Shown here one piece after another: positions 32,348-39,992 of a stretch of 64,000 nucleotides of DNA. The DNA is taken from positions 160,001 to 224,000 of the forward strand of contig CAWFFU010000011.1 in the NCBI GenBank assembly GCA_963815215.1, in the 5' to 3' direction. This DNA comes from an uncultured Trueperaceae bacterium. Its GTDB lineage: Bacteria; Deinococcota; Deinococci; Deinococcales; Trueperaceae. Within the stretch, counting starts at the first letter, position 1, and each line of letters opens with the position of its first letter. A model generated the notes under the pieces. The model did no database searches. It worked only from the letters and a program-made list of their open reading frames with translations, and was not told where the DNA came from. Made by a program: the position numbers and the translations under genes.

Positions 32348-33901
32348 CTACGCGGCGCGCTCGAGGTCCTTGAGGTAGCGCTCGATCGCAGCGTCCGCGT
32401 TGCTGCGGAAGTACTCCTTCAGCACCACCGCAATGGTGTCCCCGAGGAGCTCGGCGGCGATGTAGGCGCCCTCCAGGTTGTAGCGCTTGATGGCCTCGGT
32501 CGCGACCACGCGGCGGGCATCGTGGGGCTTGAAGCTGTGCCCGTGGCACTCGATGCCGAGCGCCTCCACACCCCGCAGAAACGCCGGGTGCGAGATGGGC
32601 TTGTCGGGCTTGTACTCGCTGGCGAACACGTACGGGTGGGTGCGTTCGAAGTCGTCCCCGAGATAGCCGCGCAGGACCTCCCGCCACGCGTCGATCAGGG
32701 CTGACGCTTCCTCGCTGTAGGTGCGCTCATAGACGTTGATGCCGTCGCGGCGGTTCGCGACCTTGAGCTCGCTGCCGGCGAACCGCACCCGCCAGCGGCC
32801 GTCACGCGTGCGCGTGAGGTTGTGACCCCAGCGCATCTCCTGAAAATTGCGGGCCCGCAACGGGGTCTCCACGGCGAGCCCGTAGAACAAGCCGTAGCGC
32901 TTGCGCGCAAACACCTGCCGCTGACGCTTGCTGCCCTCCCCCCGCCAGTAGCGCACGGCGGGTTCCTTGAACGCCCGCCGGGCGACCTCGAGCATGTCGT
33001 CCGGCGTCCAGGCGTCGGGCACACGCCGCTCCGGCGCCCGGCCCTGCTCCCCCGCCGCCAGACGGACCTGCGCGCCGAGGCGGTAGAAGGAGGTCCAGAT
33101 CTCCAGCCCGTCCCCACCCGCTTGCTCGATCCGCTTGCTGGCCGCCAGGTATTTGCTGATCGTGGCTAGTGTGATCGCCGTTTGCTGCACCGAGTCGTAG
33201 CCGCCGTCCGCGTCCTCGGCCAGGTACCAGTCGGCGAACGCGGGGAAGCGCTCCACGTCGACCAGGTCCACCAGGCTGACCTCCGACATGCCGAGCTCGT
33301 CCTTGAGATAGCGGACGAGCGGGCTCACCCGCTTGGCGTGCGCCTCGATGCTGATGGGCTTACACAGGCGCCGCCGCAGGTGCGCCCCCTCGCTCGGCGC
33401 CAGCACTGGCTTCGTCTTCCACGCCTGATAACTCCGCCACTCCTCAGCCAGGGGCTGGGGCCAATCCTCTCGGGCGAGGCGGACACGGATGCGGCGCTTG
33501 GGCCGCGCCTTCAGCACCTGGTTCGGAGTGAGGGAGCGCGCCGCGCGACCGTCACCGTAAACCACATCGCGCACGGCGCGGCAGCACGCCACGAGGTTCT
33601 TGATCGTCTTCTCGCTCGGCTCCACGCGACGCTTCCGGGCGTTCAACAGCTTCGCGCCCAGCTCCACCTTGCCGACCAGCGTCATCACCGGGTCCAACAA
33701 CATTGCGGCGGGTGCCTCGTCGAGGGCCAGGGCGTCACCGGCATGGCCGGCCGCCAGGCACAGGAGCGCCCGCTGGAAGTTGAGCCTGTCGCTATCGCCG
33801 CGGTCCGCGTTCGTCTTGCCCGCCTGGCGGGGGTGCGGCGCCGCCAGAAACTGCATATACGCAGCGCCAAGCGTCTCGGGTTCGGGCTTCTTGCTCTTCA
33901 T
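32348..33901 (-). CDS. atypical tyrosine recombinase family protein
   Basis: AGGAGG RBS; catalytic-type motifs PLRARN, ELKV, PHDARR, LLGD, VLKEYF. Confidence 0.75.
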   Translation of the reverse strand: MKSKKPEPETLGAAYMQFLAAPHPRQAGKTNADRGDSDRLNFQRALLCLAAGHAGDALALDEAPAAMLLDPVMTLVGKVELGAKLLNARKRRVEPSEKTIKNLVACCRAVRDVVYGDGRAARSLTPNQVLKARPKRRIRVRLAREDWPQPLAEEWRSYQAWKTKPVLAPSEGAHLRRRLCKPISIEAHAKRVSPLVRYLKDELGMSEVSLVDLVDVERFPAFADWYLAEDADGGYDSVQQTAITLATISKYLAASKRIEQAGGDGLEIWTSFYRLGAQVRLAAGEQGRAPERRVPDAWTPDDMLEVARRAFKEPAVRYWRGEGSKRQRQVFARKRYGLFYGLAVETPLRARNFQEMRWGHNLTRTRDGRWRVRFAGSELKVANRRDGINVYERTYSEEASALIDAWREVLRGYLGDDFERTHPYVFASEYKPDKPISHPAFLRGVEALGIECHGHSFKPHDARRVVATEAIKRYNLEGAYIAAELLGDTIAVVLKEYFRSNADAAIERYLKDLERAA

Positions 33902-33963
33902 GGACAACCTCCTCTAGGATGTTGTGAGCGCAACGCAGGGGCGCGAGCTCGGGCATTTGGGGA

Positions 33964-34022
33964 TACTTCAGGAACATTATAATCATGAAGAGGTACTTAA
34001 CTTTATGCGTGTTCCTGAAGAT
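33964..34022. promoter_or_regulatory. tandem dyad sites (res/operator-like) upstream of the recombinase
   Basis: Two 29-bp units TACTT...TGAAGA; outer inverted repeat CTTCAGGAACA/TGTTCCTGAAG; AT-rich. Confidence 0.55.
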
Positions 34023-34166
34023 GGCCTTGTCAACTGCGGACAAACCGCGCCAAAGGTGAGCGTCCCAGCGAGGCATCTCGCTGGGACGCTGTGACGTAGG
34101 CGGACAGGCGCGGCCAACGCTGAACAACCCGCCGTCCTGAAACCGCCCAAAACGCGCCTGAATGCG

Positions 34167-34394
34167 TCACCCACGCACTTCCGACGGAACCAGAGCAGCC
34201 GCTTCTGCGCGCAGCTTCGGTGCGAGCAGCGCCTCGATCTCCGCGCGCTGCACCAGCGCCTTCCCGGCGTGCCCGTAGCGCGTGAGGTCGCCCGCCCGCA
34301 TCCAGCGGCGGATCGTGCGCGGGTGGCAACGGGCGTACTCCGCTGCCTCCACGACGGTGAGAAAGGGACTCGAACCGACTTCAGATTGCTCCAC
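34167..34394 (-). CDS. excisionase-like helix-turn-helix protein
   Basis: FLTVVEAAEYARCHPRTIRRWMRAGDL; GAGGAG RBS before GTG. Confidence 0.8.
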   Translation of the reverse strand: MEQSEVGSSPFLTVVEAAEYARCHPRTIRRWMRAGDLTRYGHAGKALVQRAEIEALLAPKLRAEAAALVPSEVRG

Positions 34395-34705
34395 TCCGAC
34401 TCTCCTCTCAGGCCGCCAGGTCGCGCGAGGCCGGCGAGACAGGCGCATTCACGCGAAGCGACTTGAGCTCGCTCCATCAACCGCAACAGCAGTCGCGCTC
34501 AACGCGTCACGAGCCTTCGGCCATCACGACTGACCAGACCTCGAACCCAATCCGGCCAACATTGCGACAGTCCACAGCGTCTCACATCGGCGACGTTGGA
34601 TCCGGCAAACAAACTGGATCGCGTCTGACAAGGACCGCAGCGACCATCGTGACCAGCAGGTCAATCACTCGGCCCTTGTACGCAGCATGATACAGTCAGC
34701 CCAAC

Positions 34706-35884
34706 ATGGCCCGCAAGGGCCGCATCACACGAGAGGACCCGACCGCCATGACCACCCCACCAACCACCCCGCCGAACGCCAGCCAGGCCCTACGCCACCA
34801 ACGGCGGATCGTCAAAGGCGTCGGGCTGCGCTACGTCGCCGACCAGAGCCGCGCCCTCGCCGAACAAGACCCCACCCGCTACAGCTACGTCTCCCACGGC
34901 ACCCTCTCCCGCATCGAACGCAGCCAAGGAGCCTGGTTCCGCACCAACGTCGACATGGGCATGCTCGAGGCCCTCGTCCAGATCCTCTGGAACGGCAACC
35001 ACCACGCCTTCGCGAACGACACCGGACTCCAACTGGTCTTCCCCCACAACACGCAACTGGCAGCCGACCGACCAACGCCGACGGTAGAGCTCCCCTACTA
35101 CCTCGAAGGCGAACACCCCAGCCTCCACCAACGCCGCCGTCGCCTACACGAAGCGCCGGACCAGCACGCCGACTTCCTCTACCAACACCACAGCCACGAC
35201 ATGGAACCAGCCGTCAGCACCCACCACCTGCTCACATGCCAACACGCCACCCATGCACCGGCCGGCCAACTCGCCGTCCTCCAACGCACCACCGGACTCA
35301 CCCTCGCCTGGAGCGCCGGCAACGACACCTACCTCACCGAACAGAACTCCGACCCCTTACCGCTGACCCGCAACGAATCCGTGTACGGCATCGTCGTCGC
35401 CCTCCGACCCCACCGACCCGACCTCGACCGCTCCCGATCTCGAGGAACGGAGGCAGACGACGAAGCACGACAGGAACTCACCGACCTCCTTGCACAAAAC
35501 GCGCCGCGCCAGCGCGAACCCATGAAGCCACTGACCATCAGCTGCCCAGCACAGCTCCAAGAGGCGCTACGAGACGAGGCACGGCGCCTACGAATCCCCT
35601 TGCAGGTCTACCAGGAGACAGCGATCGAAGGACTCCTCAATCGCTACCGCGCCGACGCAAGCCAGCTGCCCGACCCACTAGTCCGACCAAACTCTGACGA
35701 CCCCAACTTCACCGCACGAATGCCGACCAACCTACTCGCACGCCTCGACGCCTTCGTCACCAACGTGCGTCAAATCACCACGCGCACCGACAGGCCAACC
35801 AAGGCCGCCGTCGTGCTCCTCGCCTACCGCCAACTCCTCACAGCAACCCGCGAAACCGAAGCAGAACAGACCCCCGCCGGATAG
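34706..35884 (+). CDS. XRE HTH + degenerate S24-like + tandem RHH-like regulator
   Basis: VSHGTLSRIER HTH; SHDMEP and VYGIVV resemble S24; two beta-alpha-alpha segments at the C-terminus. Confidence 0.6.
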   Translation: MARKGRITREDPTAMTTPPTTPPNASQALRHQRRIVKGVGLRYVADQSRALAEQDPTRYSYVSHGTLSRIERSQGAWFRTNVDMGMLEALVQILWNGNHHAFANDTGLQLVFPHNTQLAADRPTPTVELPYYLEGEHPSLHQRRRRLHEAPDQHADFLYQHHSHDMEPAVSTHHLLTCQHATHAPAGQLAVLQRTTGLTLAWSAGNDTYLTEQNSDPLPLTRNESVYGIVVALRPHRPDLDRSRSRGTEADDEARQELTDLLAQNAPRQREPMKPLTISCPAQLQEALRDEARRLRIPLQVYQETAIEGLLNRYRADASQLPDPLVRPNSDDPNFTARMPTNLLARLDAFVTNVRQITTRTDRPTKAAVVLLAYRQLLTATRETEAEQTPAG

Positions 35885-36159
35885 CGGGAAGGAACTAGCC
35901 AAGCGCTTCACGCGAGGCGCGCCGGTAGCACCAGGAAGGTCGACGCCGATCAGCCAGCGGGCGACAAGCATTGTTATCACCGGCTCCCGTGGGGCCTGAT
36001 AACGCTCGATTGGCGTGCCGGAGTGCGCGGGGACAGGGATGAGCGCAAACTGCACGCGTTTATCCTGTTGTGCCCCAGGGGCGGCTCTTGGAATCGGCCT
36101 GCCCCTGGCCGGGTTGTCCAGCCGACCGTAGCCACACGCAGAAGCCGAGAACACAACAC

Positions 36160-37095
36160 CTAATCGGAGGCCAACTCGAGGTAATGGTCCTCCAGAGACT
36201 CACCGAGGTGGAGTCGGAAGGCGCCTCGGGTTTCGGGGAAATTCTCCGACGTGACCCGATATGCCAATTCATACGTTCCGGGCCCAGGTAGGCGGGGCGC
36301 GAAGCGGGAGGACCTGGTGTGAAGGTGGAACAGCGGATCCGCAGGCGCGTCGTGGCGGACGCAGAAGGCGTCGATATCGCGATATGCCTCCGGCGCTATC
36401 GTGGCGTTCGGGGGGTCGTAGGCGCGCCACGAGACCTCGATTGGCTCCACCGGGACGTCTTGCTCGCGAGTCAAGTCCCGGATGTACTGGATGTAGGCGT
36501 AGCAGTTGAGCGCTGGCTTGCTGCGATGGCGATTTCGTACACGGACATGGAACCAGGTTGCCCGGGGGCCATCGGGCTTCTCTAGCCCTACAGTGGCGGG
36601 AGACGCGAACCCTTCCCCCGCCATGGGAAGCTGGAGGCTGAGCTCGTTTCGCCAATCGCAACGCCACTGGGACTTCACCCGTTTGGCGATAGCCTCGGGT
36701 AGCAGCCGTCGATCAGAGAAGGGGATGGGATTGGCCTGGATGGGTTGCAGCACGCCGTCCAGCGGGATCACGCCGTCCTCTTGCCACAACATCGCGGGGA
36801 CCTCGAGGAACGAAGCGATGGCGAGCTCTTGTTGGCAGAACAGCGATCCACGGTGCCTGTGGGGCGGACCGTCAGCGCCTATAAGTTCTTCTCTTCGGAA
36901 GTCGACGAAGAGGAAGTATTCCGTTTCGACGAGCCTTCGGAAGATGTTCTCCCGAAGCCCCAGCAGCGTCTGCTCCTCAACCGCGATATACGGTTCGTAA
37001 TGGAGCGCTTCTAGCCGCGCAGCGATCTCGTTGGCTAGCTGTTTTTCCCCGGTGTCTTCGCGCTGCCCACAGCTGATGAATACGCGAGCCCCCAC
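36160..37095 (-). CDS. TIR-like/nucleotide-binding domain protein, putative defence effector
   Basis: RVFISCGQ...SLFCQQELAIASFL (Rossmann-like with conserved Glu) plus beta-rich C-terminal domain; TATTCT 5 nt before GTG. Confidence 0.6.
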   Translation of the reverse strand: MGARVFISCGQREDTGEKQLANEIAARLEALHYEPYIAVEEQTLLGLRENIFRRLVETEYFLFVDFRREELIGADGPPHRHRGSLFCQQELAIASFLEVPAMLWQEDGVIPLDGVLQPIQANPIPFSDRRLLPEAIAKRVKSQWRCDWRNELSLQLPMAGEGFASPATVGLEKPDGPRATWFHVRVRNRHRSKPALNCYAYIQYIRDLTREQDVPVEPIEVSWRAYDPPNATIAPEAYRDIDAFCVRHDAPADPLFHLHTRSSRFAPRLPGPGTYELAYRVTSENFPETRGAFRLHLGESLEDHYLELASD

Positions 37096-37182
37096 GCTTC
37101 AGAATAGCGGAGGTTCCAGTGCTAGTCGACTGACGTCGCACAACGTCCCTAATGCGACCCCCTCTTGGCAGTAGCGGCTCGG

Positions 37183-37311
37183 GTGGTGGAGCGTGGCACC
37201 CTCAAGCATGCCCAGCGCATCGCCGCGCATGCCAGCCCCAGAACGACGAAGGTGCACGACCGCACCGATGACAGGAATTCCATAGACGAAGTGGAACGAA
37301 TCTTGCTGTGA
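37183..37311 (+). pseudogene. C-terminal relic of a resolvase-type tyrosine recombinase
   Basis: Translates GTLKHAQRIAAHASPRTTKVHDRTDDRNSIDEVERILL*, matching the ...AHxSPRTTxLYDR...DEVERI end of this family. Confidence 0.7.
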
Positions 37312-37345
37312 TAGGTCGCGCGAGCCCTCCTGGTCGGCTCGTCTC

Positions 37346-37436
37346 GTGAGGAGTGGCTGAGTGGCCGAAGGCGCCCGCCTAAGAAGCGGGAGACTGCGCA
37401 AGTAGTTCGGGGGTTCGAATCCCTTCTCCTCCGCCA
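37346..37436 (+). tRNA. tRNA with serine-type body and AAG (Leu) anticodon
   Basis: Acceptor G(T)GAGGAG/CTCCTCC, G73-CCA; D-arm TGGCTGAGTGGCCGAAGGC; anticodon stem CCCGC/GCGGG with loop CT-AAG-AA; 6-bp variable arm with GCAA loop; GGGGG-TTCGAAT-CCCTT. Confidence 0.85.
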
Positions 37437-37497
37437 GCTGGGGCGCCCCACTAGGGCGCCCCCGGCGCGTTATAGGGTTGCGCCCCACTTGACGAGG

Positions 37498-38130
37498 CTA
37501 TTTCGTGATGATGACAGCTCCGTCGTAGGCCTTCGGCATGGGCGCTGGGTTGGGGAACACCGTGGGGGCGTCGTTGATGAATAGGCCCAGGAGGTCGCCC
37601 TCGGAGAGTGACTCGCCCGAATAGCCGAGGTCCTTGCGCAGGATGTAGAGGAGGCGTTCGAAGCCACCAATGAGGTCACGACCAAGCGCTTCTTGTGGGG
37701 CTTGCTCGTTGAGCCGGGCAGCGGACTGCGTGCGCCACCGAGACCACTCCCGCACAGCGTCATCAGATGCCCAGAGGATGAGGTCTGGCGTAATCTTGGC
37801 GAAAGCGTCCTGCAGCCGGTTGGGGGTCATGACCTTGTTTCCCGAGCCGGGCATCAGGGTCGCCATGAACGTCTTGACAAGCTCGGCGTATACGGGGTTG
37901 CGTTTTTCGCGTAGCTCTTCCTCGATTTGGAGCTTGCTTTGTTGAATTCTCCCGTTCACGTTGGCAATGACTGCAGCGAGAACGAGGGCGCCCGCCGAAG
38001 CTGAGCCGACGAGGATGTTGGGGTCAAAGGGCTTTCCTGAGATCCAGGCATAGACCAACCACGCCGGCGTCAAAGCAAGCAAGACGAGAGCGACGTACGG
38101 AAGGGCACGGATGAGCCAGTTGCCTTGCAT
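37498..38130 (-). CDS. hypothetical two-TM membrane protein
   Basis: Two N-terminal TMs then helical domain (LWASDDAV..W, LRKDLG); start uncertain. Confidence 0.65.
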   Translation of the reverse strand: MQGNWLIRALPYVALVLLALTPAWLVYAWISGKPFDPNILVGSASAGALVLAAVIANVNGRIQQSKLQIEEELREKRNPVYAELVKTFMATLMPGSGNKVMTPNRLQDAFAKITPDLILWASDDAVREWSRWRTQSAARLNEQAPQEALGRDLIGGFERLLYILRKDLGYSGESLSEGDLLGLFINDAPTVFPNPAPMPKAYDGAVIITK

Positions 38131-38346
38131 TTGGCTCAAGTGTACCGGACGCGCGCGCCAGTTGCGGAGGAGCCCGGGTGTGGTCCCGCCGAGAGGTGCG
38201 AGGTAGTCGGTGCGTGCCTTGTAGGAGCGATTATCCAAGGTATGGACCCAGTCAATCTTGGCGGAACCGTGCGACAAGAGAAGTTGTCGGGTGGCCCAAT
38301 ACAGGGCCAACCCGGCACTTGGTATCCAGTTGGGCCCGACCGCTGC

Positions 38347-39090
38347 TCATGCCCCGCGATTCAAGCGAGCCCGATATCCACGCATCTTGCAGGCACTAGA
38401 GCAGTACTCTTGCCGACCGTGCCGTTGCTCGAAGACGTGGTCGCAAGACGGGCACACGCGCAACTTCCCTGGGTGCGCCAGCGAGTGGAGCGTCCATAGG
38501 AGCAAAAAGGCATAGAGGCTGGCCTCGATGCACATGGTCGCTCCGTCCGGCGTGGCGCGGCGCTGATCGGCGGACGCCACGCGCAACGGGCCGGTCACCT
38601 CGCCCTGTCGGGCGCAGAGCTCTAGCTGCCTACCGAGCCACCTCGTCAACACGTGCCGGCGCTCGCTCATCCGTTGCTCGCGTAGCAGCGCGTCGAAGGC
38701 GGTGCCCTCCCGGCCCGCGGGGAAGCCCTCCCCTCGCACCTGGATGTGCTGCGGGTCGGTCGCACGCCTCAGGGCACGGGGCGGGACGCTCTCGACCCCC
38801 TCGGCGATGGTACGGAGCGCGAGCTGGGCGAGGACAATCGCGTCGATCCACGAAACCAGCTCGGGTTGTGTAGGGGGACCGCCCAGCTCACCAAACTGCG
38901 CGGGCAGCGCTTCGAGTGCCTCCCGGTCCAGATCTACGGTGTGTGGTCCAAAGATGCTCGCTGCCCCGGCGGCGTGAGCCAGGCCGACCACGAGCGACGT
39001 ACTACCAGGCCTCAAGCCGGAGGACTGCTCCTCGCGCGCCCACCTTCGAACGGCTATCGGAAAGGCCAGTGTTACGAAATCATCTTCCAT
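38347..39090 (-). CDS. CGNR-type zinc finger domain protein
   Basis: C-terminal CPSC...F...QEYCSSACKMRGYRAR. Confidence 0.7.
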   Translation of the reverse strand: MEDDFVTLAFPIAVRRWAREEQSSGLRPGSTSLVVGLAHAAGAASIFGPHTVDLDREALEALPAQFGELGGPPTQPELVSWIDAIVLAQLALRTIAEGVESVPPRALRRATDPQHIQVRGEGFPAGREGTAFDALLREQRMSERRHVLTRWLGRQLELCARQGEVTGPLRVASADQRRATPDGATMCIEASLYAFLLLWTLHSLAHPGKLRVCPSCDHVFEQRHGRQEYCSSACKMRGYRARLNRGA

Positions 39091-39301
39091 TACGTAACAA
39101 GGCTAGCACCGCTGAAGCAGCAATAGCAGCCCCTCACAGCGGTTCTGTTCCAGACATGCGTAGAGGCGGCACCCGACAAGCCCACCGCATCCGCCGGGAT
39201 CCTGGCCCCATGGACAATCAAATCAGCCCCGCATGGAGAGTCCCCATCCCCAGGTCGCCCTCAACCCCTGTCCCCGCAACGGCAACACCGAGGTGCGCTA
39301 A

Positions 39302-39514
39302 GTGACCAGCCTGTTGACGGCGGAGGAAGTAGCCGCGCGCATGAGCATCACAAAGGCAAGGGCATATGAGCTCGCGCGGCTCGGCATCGTCCCCTGTGTC
39401 AGGCTCGGGCGCCAGGTCAGGTTTGACCCGCTCAAGATCCAGGCGCTCATCGAATCCGGGGGGCAAGCGCTGCCCGGCGGATGGCGGAGTAGCGCCTCCG
39501 AAATCGACGCCTAA
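39302..39514 (+). CDS. xis: excisionase family DNA-binding protein
   Basis: LLTAEEVAARMSITKARAYELARLGIVPCVRLGRQVRF; lies upstream of the integrase. Confidence 0.82.
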   Translation: MTSLLTAEEVAARMSITKARAYELARLGIVPCVRLGRQVRFDPLKIQALIESGGQALPGGWRSSASEIDA

Positions 39515-39711
39515 CGGCGCATCCGGTAGCCGGCGCCCATGTGGACGTATCCGCATGGGCGCCAACATCAATGTGGAGAGCAGCAGTCGCAAACCGACCG
39601 GGACGGACCCCCTTCTACCGGCACCACGATGTCCACATATTGCACATATGCATAGTTTCTGGTAAGCATATCCCCATGAGATTATTACCGCACAGTGATA
39701 GATTAGGGTAC

Positions 39712-39942
39712 GTGCCCGTTCATTGGATGATTCGTCCCCTGCTCGAGCGCCACAACATCTCCACCTATCGGCTCATGCGCGAGTCAGGCCTCGCCCAAGG
39801 CACCGTTTACCGCCTCGTAAACGGAGAGACCCAGAGTCTGAACGTCGAGACCCTGGATCGCGTCATGGCGGCGCTACAGCGCCTCACTGGCGAGCGGCTG
39901 GAGATCTCCGACCTACTCCGCTATGACGAACCCAATCCGTGA
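39712..39942 (+). CDS. XRE/Cro-C1 family HTH regulator
   Basis: ISTYRLMRESGLAQGTVYRLVNG...TLDRV; TAGATT 7 nt before GTG. Confidence 0.82.
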   Translation: MPVHWMIRPLLERHNISTYRLMRESGLAQGTVYRLVNGETQSLNVETLDRVMAALQRLTGERLEISDLLRYDEPNP

Positions 39943-39992
39943 GCCTTCGCCGTCACACTGACAATCTCGGCGCTACAGCCTGAGGAGGAAGC

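Noticed and set aside
32348..33901. Protelomerase/telomere resolvase
   Set aside because: No long perfect palindromic target is seen and the motifs fit only a generic tyrosine recombinase; cannot be supported by eye
37346..37436. Reading the island tRNA as an 8/4 or 9/3 allo-tRNA, or as tRNA-Sec
   Set aside because: Extending the acceptor stem needs a U-U pair, so the 7/5 fold fits better; the anticodon is not TCA
37099..37488. ORFs overlapping the island tRNA (and 41180-41872 over the host tRNAs, 9327-10079 over the att)
   Set aside because: They are translations of tRNA or att sequence with no protein motifs
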